Assembly: GCA_002269645.1 (NCBI GenBank)
Contig: NIVC01000930.1
Span: 340,132-404,131, forward strand
Source: Macrostomum lignano
Taxonomy: Eukaryota
Direction of reading: 5' to 3'
DNA length: 64,000 nt
The first letter of the stretch is position 1. Each line of letters opens with the position of its first letter. Below, one piece after another: positions 25,601-38,900 of the stretch. The translations under genes and the position numbers were made by a program. Below the pieces are notes generated by a model, which worked only from the letters and a program-made list of their open reading frames with translations, was not told the DNA's origin and did not search any database.

Positions 25601-27629
25601 AAATAGGCTGCATAAAGCTGTACTATCATTAATATATACGATTTATCTATACTATGCATAACGTGCTTAAAAGAACACTGGCTTAGCAATTGATAAGAGT
25701 CAGTGGTCGACGACATTAGAGTGCCATTAGACCGACATTAGCCATGAGGGCCAAGCCCCCAAGGCACAGTGAAGTGTACATGCCTAACGATAAATAAAGT
25801 TAGGGCCGCTGTACACTCCTGTGTGAGTGTGTGCTTAGCTGTGCGTGTGACTGCGTACTGCTCGGGGGAATCAGTGGAATGGGCAGCAATGCCTCTCGCT
25901 GGTTGTGTGTGCACAGCCTCTAATTAGTGCTTATATATGTTGAATTGCCGCTTATTGGTATGGATTGGCACAGACACTGCCTGCTATATAGATTTTAGTT
26001 TGAGAACTTCTACAGGGGGAATTATCGTGGTCCTTTTTTAATATTTGTTCCGAGCTTTATGTAATTCGTATATTGATGGTAATTGTCTAAATAGGGTAAA
26101 GATTTGTATTGAGCATGTTAAATTTGTTGTCATCACGTGAGCTTTCACTTCTTTCAAACGTCTATCTGTACAAGTGCATTCTGGTAGCGAATCAACCGAA
26201 CGCTTGTTTGTTTGCTAATTTCAGCTGCCTGAGTTGTTTCTTGCTTACTTGTTATTTATTCATGCGAAGGTATATGCTATCTATTGATTTAGACAGATAA
26301 AGAACCACTAATTATCTGGGCTTATAAATATTTGCTACAGCAATCCAGTCCTGTGTATTATTCGTCAATTTTTGTAATCGTTATCCTTGAATGTTTCTAC
26401 TTTCAAATCCATTTATTGGTGGTTTCAATGTAACTTTCAACTGGCAGTGCTCGTATGCATAAATAAATAAATATCTACATATACACTTGCTTACGACTGC
26501 TTAATTTTTTATAATAGCTGAGTTCTTGTTACTTTTCTTGTTTAAAAAGACGACTGTCCAAGGAAAAATATAGCATTTTTTATTTTGCTAAAGAATTTGA
26601 GCATTCATTTAGAGACACTGTCAATCATACAATAAATCTATGTTATTACTTTCGTCTATGGTCAAAACACCGTCGATGGTCTATGGCACACGGACGGACA
26701 GAGCATTGAATTTAAGACACAGAATTGGCGTTCCATGGTACCGCATAGGATCGCGGAGTCAGGCGTGGATGTCATCACGGTTGCCAAGGGTGCACACTGT
26801 GCTTCCTGCCCCTATGCTTGGGCCCTGACAGAGTCTGATTGAGCGCGCATGTGGTCTAACAGTTTATTCACAGTTGCAGTTGCAGACTTTTTCGCCATGT
26901 GCATCACAAAATTCGAATTTACTTTATCGCCTGTTCATTTTCTGTCACAAAATGCACATTTTTGTCTAATGGTTCTGAGTTTAAAGTCCGAATTCAAGTG
27001 GTTGATGTCTTGAATTCAATGTTCTCTGTGGTGTCTCAATAGACTAACACAGGAAAAAACTAACGAGTACTTAGGCAGGTAAGACTTTTGCCGGAAAAAG
27101 ACGAGAGCTCCACTTAGGACAACCCGCGCTTATATTTAACATTCAACAATAAATTACTCGTATTACACTATCGATAGATTAAAAACCCCAAAAAGTCACG
27201 TGATTCAAAATACCTTTAAAAATACATTATACGAATAATTTATGAACTACTCTACTTAAAGTAGTATTCTTAAAGTAGAGTAGTAAGAAAAATACCCCTA
27301 TTATTTAGTTAGAAAAACGGCCCTTTTACGGGCTCGCTGCCACGACACAACACTCTCCTCATACATAGTTTTGGCTATAGATAATTGTCGAAGCATGGGT
27401 TGAAGCAGGGACTACTTCAGCATATAAACGACACTTGAGTAGTCCATATATGTAGGTTGAATATGGTTGGCTGTGTCTTGAATTTTATTCTCAACTAAAA
27501 ATAAAAAGATCTAAATACCCCATGGTAGCTAGTTTAGAGTTCTACTGTTAAGTAATAAGGGCTTCTCACTTAGTTTCGTTATTATATAGTTGTTCATCGG
27601 CTTAATTTTGATACGACCTCCGATTGCGC

Positions 27630-28015
27630 CACAGATACTAAAATAACTAGATGGGCCACTCAGGCATATATACTTAGAAAAACAGGCTTTCTACTTTCAG
27701 TTCAGTAGCAAAGAAGAATACATACGCTATTTTTAAAAAAGGCAACTGAAAAGACTTTGATAAGTTTAGAAGCCCAAGCTTGCAGGCGTAAACAACTTGC
27801 TAATTGGTTCAGCAATAATGTACATTAGCCAGTCCGGTGAAGTGTACGTGGCAGCTTTAGCAATAAAATTGGGGCGGGGCGGGGGGTAGTGTGGAAAGGC
27901 GCGGTTGGAGGTTTTAATCTGGGGGGGTAAGAGCCATATAAGGTAAGAGCAACTGAAAGTAGCTTGCACGCAAATGTGCTGAGTGGCCCATCTAGTTATT
28001 CTAGTAGTATCTGTG
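27630..28015. mobile_element. MITE-like element bounded by inverted repeats
   Basis: Perfect 22-bp inverted repeat aataactagatgggccactcag (27642-27663) and ctgagtggcccatctagttatt (27979-28000), extended outward by cacagatacta / tagtatctgtg. Confidence 0.7.
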
Positions 28016-28311
28016 TATTGCGCCGAGTCGTGCTGTTTTCTGAAGCCATTTGCATAACCACGACATGCCTGCATGGCAAGTCCTTATGATGTTTTCTTAT
28101 TATTAGAACTTGCATGCGTGCGGCTTCCATGCAAACTCGCTTTTTATAGATAAGCAGAACGATAATCAGAGTTGCATGTATAGCTATGGTTTATCCCCGG
28201 ACGATGATGCGTTTAACTATTTAGACTGTCCTTCAGAAGCATCGATATAAACATGCATCTTTAAAGGGTAAGATACTCCTAGTAGACTCGAGTATACAAC
28301 AGCCGCTTAGA

Positions 28312-29763
28312 ATGGTTCCACTCGAACAAACAGAAGCCGCTCGACTCATTGAAGATTCCAACGGCAGCACCAGCCGGCGGATTGTTCCGATTATTAATAA
28401 ATCTATCGCTCTTCTGCTCGCTATGAAATTGGTCGGCAACGTTCTTGAGTACCAGCTGGCCTACTTCAACATTGACGCTTACATGCAATACCACCAGAAT
28501 AGCAGCAACTGCCAGCGCGTGCCGTGCTCGCAGAAAAGCAACGCGTACAGCAACAGCCTGGTGTTGGGCGCTTCATTTGTGCTATCGACCCTTAGCGGCC
28601 TGATATCCGATCGGTTTGTTGGCTGCATTCGCGTCCTCATCGCCGGTTCCATCATCCAGTTGTGGGCGTCTGTCTTGTTCCCGATGCTGATCAGGACGTC
28701 GCTTCTGTGCCAGAGTCGCGCTTGGTACTATGCAATCGCTGCTAGTATGACATTATCACTGGGCCTGGTCGATCCCCTCCTGCTGTACGCCATCATGCAG
28801 CACACAAACGGGCCGCGATCTAGACGGTTTATATTGTTTTCATACTTTTTTGCTGCCGCGGGAACCGAGTGCCTTGGCTGTTTGCCGGCTATACTGAGGT
28901 ACGTGACGCAGGAGTCGGGAGTAGCCGATAACTTTGATTTTATTGGAATCGTGTTTAGCGCGCTGCTAGTTGCGTGCGTGTTCTTCCTAGCCAAAGATGA
29001 AAACGTTTGTGACAGACTGCGAACTGAAAACTTCGAGTTTCCACGACTGCAAAGGCTTCGAAGATATTACATTGCTGTTGCAGGCTTTATTCCATTCACG
29101 ACAGTCATTATCTTGTGTAGAAATGTTTTTTATTTGACCGAGATCAAATACTATGCTAAGTATACTGATGAAAATGTGAATTACGCCATCACCATCGGGA
29201 GCTATCAGTTGGCTACTGTTGTCTTCAGCCTGCTCGGAGCAGCTGCTGCGGCATCTAGAAAGTTCCCTCGCTGTCTGACGATTCGTATTCGAATCCAGTT
29301 TGGTCTGGGTCTCTTGCTAGCTTGCAAGATCATACTGTTCGTGGCGTCATTCTTTCATTGCGAATTATCAAATCTCGGTGAAAGTCACCCAATGGCTATT
29401 CAAGGCGCCTATTTTGTGGCCGGATTCATCGACGGACTAGCCAACTCGCTGACCGACGTGGCCATGTACGAACTGGTCGACTGCATTGCGGAGAATTGCG
29501 CCCGAGCTATGTACTTGGGGATATTCTACACAACGTGGGGCTTGGGCCTCATGCTAGTGGGTATTGTTGTTAAAGTCTTAAAACTTCTTCCATCAGAGGG
29601 TCACGACATGATTCCGGGGCCTGATGGATTGCCGCACTTCTATATCAGATATGCAATTGTCATTGGTCTTCTCTTAATGTGCATGGGCTACTATTTAAAA
29701 GTAGCCTTACCGTTTGCGGAGCCCTTATGTTCAAGCGATGAATCGGATCAAGAACTTGACTAA
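28312..29763 (+). CDS. Intronless MFS transporter, divergent SLC15/POT-like, 483 aa
   Basis: Single ORF with about 11-12 hydrophobic segments, MFS motif-A-like SGLISDRFVGCIRVLIAG, and a TM10-type FIDGLANSLTDVAMYELV...RAMYLGIFY segment. The subfamily is inferred from recalled similarity. Confidence 0.8.
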   Translation: MVPLEQTEAARLIEDSNGSTSRRIVPIINKSIALLLAMKLVGNVLEYQLAYFNIDAYMQYHQNSSNCQRVPCSQKSNAYSNSLVLGASFVLSTLSGLISDRFVGCIRVLIAGSIIQLWASVLFPMLIRTSLLCQSRAWYYAIAASMTLSLGLVDPLLLYAIMQHTNGPRSRRFILFSYFFAAAGTECLGCLPAILRYVTQESGVADNFDFIGIVFSALLVACVFFLAKDENVCDRLRTENFEFPRLQRLRRYYIAVAGFIPFTTVIILCRNVFYLTEIKYYAKYTDENVNYAITIGSYQLATVVFSLLGAAAAASRKFPRCLTIRIRIQFGLGLLLACKIILFVASFFHCELSNLGESHPMAIQGAYFVAGFIDGLANSLTDVAMYELVDCIAENCARAMYLGIFYTTWGLGLMLVGIVVKVLKLLPSEGHDMIPGPDGLPHFYIRYAIVIGLLLMCMGYYLKVALPFAEPLCSSDESDQELD

Positions 29764-30164
29764 TTTTGCATTATTAATCATCAAATGGATCTCAAAACAT
29801 AAATGTTCGCATGTAATTTTTTTCGCCTTGCAAGACCATCATATGTCCGAATTTAGAAAAGTAAAAAAGTCCGCGCGCTACTTTATCCTCGGATTTTAGA
29901 TGTCATAGCTTGGATATGCACGGCATCACGAATTTTGCCTGTATAAAAACAAGACAGATTGGAGTCGGCAGAGTATTTAGCGTACCGTACAATAATATGA
30001 ACAATGTAATATAGTAGCTGCATCTAAAAAGCAAATTTACTGACAAGGGTACGCGCGTTCGTTCCAATTGCTTCAAGGAAATATTAATTCAAAGGCCTCC
30101 AAATAATTTCAAGTAGTTTTGTTTCAATTTACTTGCACTTCAATTCAACTGATCGGCTATGTAA

Positions 30165-30686
30165 ATAGTTTTTTGTGTTCTAGTTTGGACTGCGGGCTTT
30201 TAATTTGAACACAGAGTTGAGCAAAGCCCAGAGAATGTTGGCTAGTCTATGGCACAAACCAGAAGCAACTGACGGGCTTTTAAATTCGACAGCGGGCACA
30301 AATTTGGACAGTCTTTTCTCTTGCATGTTTTTTCTTGAGCCAGCGCACAAAGTACACGACGAGTTTTTTAGAAGGAAGAAACAGGCTCTGACAACGCAAG
30401 AGTCTTAAAGTTTCAAGTTTTAGAAAATTGTATCTAATGGTTTGGATAAGTTCAATGTTTGGGTCAAATATACAGGTTCATAAACTACCCTCAAAAACTG
30501 ATTACTGTCGTTCTTAACTTTGATCTTCTTGTCTTCTGTGTCCAAATTTGAGCCCGCTGTCGAATTTAAAAGCCCGTGAGTTGCTTCTGGTTTGTGCCAT
30601 ATAGACTAGCCAGCATTCTCTGGGCTTTGCTCAACTCTGTGTCCAAATTAAAAGCCCGCAGTCTAAACTAGAACGCAAAAAGCTAT
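30165..30686. mobile_element. MITE with about 145-bp terminal inverted repeats
   Basis: 30165-30311 (atagttttttgtgttctagtttggactgcgggc...aatttggaca) is the near-exact reverse complement of about 30539-30686; non-coding interior; TSD unclear. Confidence 0.85.
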
Positions 30687-33600
30687 AATAACAACAGCTA
30701 TTTAATTCAAGAACGACTTTGTTTTGAATACTTGTTGCTTCAATCAGTAAATTTAAGATACGTATACTTTCTGAGTTTTGCAGACAATATTGTAAATAAA
30801 TAATTTCATAAGTTTTTGCATTGTGGATAGCAGAGCAGTTACTAATGTTTATTTCTTACTAAACAAGCGGTTTGTTGTAATAAACAGTAATTATCGTCGT
30901 GTGCTTCGCCGAAAAATTCAAATGTGAATGTATTTTCGTAATATTCAATGTTGTCTCTGGAGCTCTTGTGGGTCGTTCTCAAAGCTAGGTCACAACTTTT
31001 TGTTATTGCAAAAAAAGTTTATACATCGACCAATAATCGTACCAAAAAAATTATTTCGACAATTTCTGTAAGAAGCTGCTACTAAAACCACAAGAAAACT
31101 TGAAATTGAGAAGAAATCAAGGCTATTTGTTATTCTTTGTTGCGGAAAATAAACGACAAAAATATTAAAGAGAAAATAAAATTTTCTTCTATTTTTATTT
31201 TAAATATGCAGTTAAATTTATTTTGCAAAAATAAAAGAACAAGAAATTGACAAAGGAAATGTTTTTGAGCACAGCATTTTGTTACTCTGCTCTAAATCCC
31301 AGACATTTAAAATTATCGTGTGCGAAAAAGTGCGAAATTATTATAGCATGCACTCGAAAGGACTTCGATCAGTTTAACTAATCACTGAATTAAGAAGTCT
31401 AAATAAGTCTTGAAAGGTTGAATTAAAAATCAAGTTTTCACTATGTATCTTTTCAAAGTCAAGATGATTCGACAAATAAAGAATGTTCATTTTTACGGTG
31501 AACAGAATTGTTCATTTTTACATTAAATATAATAAAATCTAACTAATAATAGAAAAAGTCAGGGAACTATCCTTGAACACCAAAGAGCACATTGTGGATT
31601 TAATATCAACTGCATGTTCCTTAATAAAGGAATTCGGATACTAGTATATATTTTATTTTTTGTAGCATAATTTCTGAAAACTATAACTTGCTTGATTTTA
31701 CTTTAAGTACTTATTACATTAATACTTATACCAAAGCTACATGTACTTAAAATAAAAAATTATAGTTACTTATTAGACATTTTACTCCAATTAACTTAAA
31801 ATAATTCAAATTTATTTTAATTAATTCATTTTTTGAAACTTTTTGGAAAATAGACAAGATTGAATTATTTAATTACCAAAAACCTACTAGCTTAACTAAA
31901 ATAGCAATTAGTCTTTAAGAAAAGATTTCACTTGTTAATTGAGAAAAATGAGGATGTGCGAGGTGTAAAAATGCGAAAGAGCATGCAGGAAACAGAGACA
32001 AACAAAAATGTAGGTAAAAGACACTGCACATGCACATAATATGATAACCAGACATAATGCGCACACTGAAACACCAGTAGCAATGACGCCCAAGCTTTTG
32101 ATGATCACAAGCGAAAAGGCAAAACCCAGCCATCAATCAAAGAAGTAGACTTTAGCACGCATCTTGAGTGCATCACGCATTTTTTGCAGAGAAGCTCGAA
32201 AATTAACATTGTATTCTGTGCACAACCACCAACTGCGACAGGGTCTGCCGGGGGATTTGTGGGCACGCAGTCGCGGATACAAATCGGAGGAGTCGCTGAC
32301 CATTCTGAAATGACTAGCTAGTACATGTAATTTTGTGTATTAATATATTCAGTCCGCTTTATTTCTATGCTCTCGTCCGCCTCTCGTTAATGCATCCCCA
32401 GACTCTTGCAATAATAAAACTATGATCGACCTATGCATGGCTTCCGTCCCTCGCTTTGAATCTCTCACCTCCCCATAGTTCCATCAACCTTACCTTAGTG
32501 GCTTCCTATGCAAAAATCATCCCTCCGCATCTTACACAGGCTACTTCAGGCTGTAGACTGTACTACACTTTTACTTCAGTAATTAGTTGCGCTATAAGGA
32601 ATCTACATGTATTTTGCTCGCAGCGCAGCGCGCTGCTCAAAGAAGTTTAGTTCTATCTAGATATTCTAGTAATTTCAGGTCATGAGATAAGAATTCCATT
32701 AACTAGTACATTTAATATGAATGAACTGCGTGTGTGTGTGCTGTGCATTCATATGTATAATATACGAGTAGTTTATGGGCCAAATTATTGTGTGGCACAA
32801 TTCTTGGTATCACTCAGCAGGCACAAGATGCAGTTAAGCAGCGCACGAAAATTCTACAAAAGAAATTGAGCCTGGTTGAGGTGATGCGAGGAGGCAGATC
32901 CACACAATCTCAGTGAATACACCAGACTGCACCAGATACGAGTCCAGTCGAATGTGCGCACTGGTCTAAGCAGCACACGCATGTCCTTCTGACAATGACG
33001 GCACCTAGCTTCGTCCAAGCCTTTGCCAGCGTCACTGACAGCGTCAATACTACCATGCAGTGCCACCTGCAGCACCGACAACGGCAATTCCTCCAGTTAG
33101 CCCACTACAGTGGCTAAACTGAGGGACAGGGAACCTACCCACAGAAGACACACACATACACACACAGCACCGGCAGCAGCACTCTGACAGCATAACCTAA
33201 AGCTCCATGAGCTCAGTTTTCAAGCATTGAAGAAGCAGAAGCAGTCATCTTGGATCCAGGGATCAGGAAGAGTGTTGCATGTCCGACATGTGCTGTTTCC
33301 GTGGCAAAAGGTGATGGAGCAAATTAATCAACACTTACTATCTAGCTCGTATTAAGACTAAAAAACTGAGGCAAGCTGGGATTAAACCAAAGAAAATTTT
33401 TTACTATACTTTTTTACCATACTTTTACTATACTTCTATAGTATAGTAGAGAGGAACTCTATTTAAATGCAGTAAGAAGTGAAACAAATTTATATATTTA
33501 ATTATTAAATTAAATTAATTCAAGGTAAATAACTAATTTAACCAATTTATTAGGAGTATTTATTATTATAATAAATTGATTTTTATACCTTACACGAAAT

Positions 33601-35926
33601 AAGCTCTACATTCATTTCTTAGCTTGGGGCCCATCTGTATAAGGTCAGTTTCTTCAAAATGCTGATTAATTAATTAAGGCCTGTTGTCTTTACTTAAATT
33701 TATAAGGGCATCTTAGAAGTTAATATTACTATATAATACATGTATAATAGTATTACTATATTATAGTAATATAGTTGCAATTTTAATGACTATTGAATAA
33801 GTTTAAATGCTTCCCCTATTGACTCTAAATATATGGTATCTTTCCCTTCAGAAAAAATTAGCATAGAATGACTTGATGAAAACAAAAAAAAATCATTTCG
33901 AGATACACATTTGCTGATCATTCAGGTCAAATTTCAAGGTCCAGTTTTGCACATGTTTCTCTGTAGCTTGGTTACAAGGATTTTAATAAAAATATAATAA
34001 ATATGTCCAATGAACTAACTGATACATAGCCAAATTGTAGTATTTTCAAAAACAAAAAAAATCATTTGCTCAGTTTACTTTACTGGATATCTTTGTAAAA
34101 TTTCAGCTCAAAAGGTGCTCCATGGAGAATGCTAGTGTGGTTACAGGATATTTATTTTGTGCTTCAAAGTAGGAGTTTATTGCGATGCATGGTTGCTTTT
34201 AATTATTTTTATCAACAATAGTGCTCTATTTCATAACAATTTTTTACAAAAAGATAATAAGACATGTTTTTCTAATTATCTGCATCAAAATGTATCATTT
34301 TAAGCACGCATTCTAGACGTCAGCCGAAAAATACATTTTGTGAGACGCAAAGAGGCTATCCCACCGGAAATGCTAGGCGTACAGTTACAGCGTCTATAAA
34401 ATCATTTGTAGTGCAGTTTATTGAGCTTTAAAAAATTCTTAAATTAAATTTATATAAGCTTTCATTTTAAATGTAATATAGCAAGGTTTCAACACAACAA
34501 CAACTTTTTTAGCTACAGACATCTTGTAGTATCAAAAATTAACATCGGTGAAATGATTGAATTTGAATTTTTTCATCGCTAATTATCGCTTAATACCGCC
34601 AGATGATTAAAAACACTTTTGTATGATAAAGTTCAACCCAAAAATTATCTTTATTGACAGATAAAAGTGTCCTATTATTTTTAATATCGCAGTAACAATA
34701 GTAAATGTTCGGAAAATTGTTAAAATTTTTGCTCCTCCTAGAATTTGCGAACGACCCTTGTGACCATCTCTAGATCTCTGCAAGGCCTGGGGCGGAGTGA
34801 GGCCGAAACATCTGATTCTTGAATTAATGTGTGTTTTATACTAGCTCTAAGGTTATATGCTAATAAAATTTTATGCCTGTATCTGTCACTGTTTGTAATT
34901 AACAAGCATGGCTGGCTAATGCGTGGGCACGTGGCTGGCTGGCTATCAATAAAAGTAACAAGTAAATAATGTTGATTTCTTGCTTTGAAGACTAAGGGGA
35001 CTTGAGAGTCGAGAGATTCTTGCGTATAAACTTCTTTGATGTTGCTAATTATATTCGCTTATTGTGTTGCTAATCAACATTGCTGAAATAAAATTTATGT
35101 TAAATCTTGTCTGTTCATTAAAATGTTATTATGTATCTTGTAAATTAATACTCAATAGTGAAAGTAATGACTAATGTTAATAAATTATACATATTATATA
35201 TTTGAAGTTCAATATATTATAAAGTTTAATACATAATGATTGAAATTAAATAGTGAGCTTAGTAAAGCATGTCCATTATTAAAGATAACAGTAGATTAGC
35301 CCAGGTTTATTTAATTTTTGTTTTCAATTTTAAAACTAATAAATAGATATCAAAGAAGTTAAATAATAAAAATAAATGATGATATAAGATCGAAATTAAT
35401 CAACTTAAAAAATTAGGTCAAACTGGTATGATATATCTATATAGTATAATAAATCAAATTGACTATTAATGAAAATAAATTAATATGTTATAGTATTTTT
35501 GTTGATATTGAATAGTAGAATTTTTTGATAAAACTTTAACATAGTTTTCACAAATAAGCTATATAAATAGCATAACATTTATATTCAATTTTTAAATTGA
35601 TTAGACTAATTAATATTATATATTCTATCAATGTACCAAAAGAAATATATAACCTATATAATTATGTAGGTTTAGCTTGTTTATTGCTTAGACTTTAAAG
35701 TTCTTTAAGTAATAAAATTTTGTTTTGCATAAATTTTAATTATGGTAATTTGATAAAAAACTTCTTTAAAATTTTCAGTCTAATATTCTGCCTATTATTA
35801 GCATTCTGCTAAGTCACAATTGAAAAAAATGAAGGTAATTGCTGCTTTTTTCGTATGTTATTTAACAAAAATATAAAAACATTTTTATCCCTTTGTGTTA
35901 AAATACAAAACTGAATAACTTTAGAT

Positions 35927-38900
35927 ATGAGTTCCATTGAGGCCAGAGAGGCTGCAGCAGATGGAATACACCAGCTGCATGCAAATATTATACAGCAAGT
36001 TCAAAATGGTAAGTTTTATGCAGCAAGTTTGTGTTTGCATACCTTCCATTATGCTACTTAAAGTAGCAAGTATGACGAATCGTTTTCAAAATATTCTTAT
36101 CTGACAGATTGCCGGCCCGACCTGCTTCAGCCAATGCTGGAGGCTCAGTTCCTACTAGTGCAGAAACTTTTGACCACTTCTGATGCCAATGCGAAATCCC
36201 AGCCAGAAGTGAGTGTCGCCCATTTGATTTTCAGCATGCCTATTGGGCGATATGCTCTTCATATTAGATGCTTCTTGTAAAAATTTGTAGGTAAATCATG
36301 GCGACCAGCAGCTTGAGCCTGACCCAGCCAGCACCTCGGCGGAGTCGCTCGCCAGCACAGTTTCGTTGCTGCGCGACCAGCTGAATTCGGTGACTGTCCA
36401 GCGCGACGAATTGCAACAGCGTCTGCTTGAAAGCAACGCTCGACAGTCTGCGGAAGCTGGCGGGGACGAGCTGGCTAAACTGAAGGACAAGTACGCGCGC
36501 CTCGTAAAGCAGTGCAAAATTTTCAAAGAAACAATCCGACAACTAAAAGAGGACCAACAAGGGCAGCCGCAGCAGTCCGTCGAGTCGCAAGCGAGACGCG
36601 ATGAATTAAAAGAGAAGTTCGAACAGCAGGACGCACATAAGCGGCAGTTAATTGAGCAACTACAGTTGGAGCTCGATCGGCAGAGAGAACAATTCGAACA
36701 GTGCAATGCGCAGAAGCAGCAGCAGATGGAGGAGATGTTGCAGCAAATTGCTGAACAAAAGCGTCAGTTAGAGCTTCAAGAACAGGCAAAGTCAGAACTT
36801 GAAGGGCTCAAAGTACAAGTAGCTTCGCAGGCGCAACAATTGGAGCTCATGGGAGAGCAAAGTCTGCAAATGGAACAGCTTCAACACCAGCTAGAAGACC
36901 AAAGTCAGCAGTTAAAATTGCAAGATAAGGAAAAATTCGAAACGGAAGCGCTGAAACAAGAAATTGAGGAGCTGCAAAAGCAGCTTGAATTTGAGAGGCA
37001 AAATAATTTGCAGGCTAATGAAGTTCAGCAGCAATTGGAGCTAAATGAGATGCTGAAGCTAGAAATTGAAAAGCTGAAAAAGCAACTTGAGGAGGAGAGG
37101 CAGCAGTTTAATCTGCGCATTGAACAACAACATCTGCCGGATCGGGAAGAAGAATTCAGCGCATTGCATAGGAAGCAGCAGCAACTCGAGCAGAATATGC
37201 ATCAAATAGAGGCCGACAAGCAGCAGCAACTACAACAGATCGAGGCTGAAAAGCAGCAGCAATTGGAGATGAAAGTTCAGCAGATCGAGGCTGAAAAGCA
37301 GCAGCAATTGGAGATGAAAGTTCAGCAGATCGAGGCTGAAAAGCAACAGCAATTGGAGATGAAAGTTCAGCAGATCGAGGCTGAAAAGCAACAGCAATTA
37401 CAACAGATCGAGGCTGAAAAGCAACAGCAATTACAACAGATCGAGGCTGAAAAGCAACAGCAATTGGAGATGAAAGTTCAGCAGATCGAGGCTGAAAAGC
37501 AACAGCAATTACAACAGATCGAGGCTGAAAAGCAACAGCAATTGGAGATGAAAGTTCAGCAGATCGAGGCTGAAAAGCAACAGCAATTACAACAGATCGA
37601 GGCTGAAAAGCAACAGCAATTGGAGATGAAAGTTCAGCAGATCGAGGCTGAAAAGCAACAGCAATTACAACAGATCGAGGCTGAAAAGCAGCAGCAATTG
37701 GAACAGCAAATACAGCAGCTTGGGGTTGAGAAACAACAGCAGCATAACCAACAGATTCAGAAGCAACAGCAGTCACTAAGAGACACAGGTAGTCTGTCTG
37801 CACAAACGTCTGCTGAGTCACAAGACGTCGTAGTTAATGAGCTAAAGCTGAAGTGCGCCAAATTAATTAAGTTAAACAAGACAATGCGTGAGCAGCTCAA
37901 GCTTGCGGAGTCTCGCAATAGTTTCATCTCATTAGCTGTTGACGATGTGTCTTGTCAGACGGAATGTGACCAAACTGATCAAACTTTAGAGGCATCGTCG
38001 GTTAATTTAGATGAAAATCTGGCGGAACTTAGTCGGCAATTAGCGGAAAGTAAAGCAGAGTCTGAACGGTTTCAATCTACAATCGATTCTCTATCAAAGC
38101 AGTTAGCTGAAGCAGGAAGACAGTTAGATGAAAGTAAATCTGAGTGTGAGCGCATTATTCTTACTGCAACTGATTTTGAAAGGAGGCTCGAAGAATCTGA
38201 GCAACAATTGGCATCTAGTCTGAAAGAGTCTGAGAAATATCATTTGCGTGCAACTGACGCAGAAGAAAAACTTACTGTTAGTATTAGTGAATCAGAGCAG
38301 CTTCGCATGAAGCTTGCTGTTACAGAGGAGAAGCTGCAAGATACTGAAAAACGAGTTGAAATTCTGAGCGCCGAAGCCGAGCAATTCCAGCTCAGTGCAA
38401 CTGATGCCGAGCAGAGACTTTTGGAAACTGATAAACAGTTCAAAGCTGGCCTTGATGAATTGGAGCAACTTCGAATCTCTTCAAAACATTTGCAGGAGAG
38501 GCTAGCAGAAGCTGAAAGGCAAGTTGAGGCTAGTCAAGCGGAGTCTGATCAATTTCGACTCATTGCTGATGATGCCACAAAGAGAGTTGCAATGGCTGAG
38601 AGCCAGCAAGCAGCTAGCAGTTCCGAAATCGAACAGCTTCAACTGGCGCTTGCCAACGCAGAGGAGAAGCTGTCTAAAACAATGGATCAGTTGGCTGATA
38701 TCAGTTCTGAGAATGAGCAGTTGCGCCTTAAGCTTTCTTCCAATGAATCTGATGAAAAATCGTCAGTAATTCAGAAGCAGCTGGAAATTAGCCAAGGGAA
38801 GTCAGAGCAACTTGAACAGACCCTCGCTGAAGCAACAGAGAAGTTAGCTGACCTTGAAGGTCAACTTAGCGCTAGCCAAACCGAATCGGAGGAGCTGCGT

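Noticed and set aside
32854-33320. GC-richer island with a 77-aa minus ORF (LEELPLSVLQ..., F-box-like start)
   Set aside because: An in-frame stop lies just upstream, there is no ATG or splice support, and the similarity is too weak.
34770-34830. Hammerhead-like GGCC...GGCCGAAAC
   Set aside because: The required CUGANGA core is absent (ctgcaa) and stems I and III cannot be formed.
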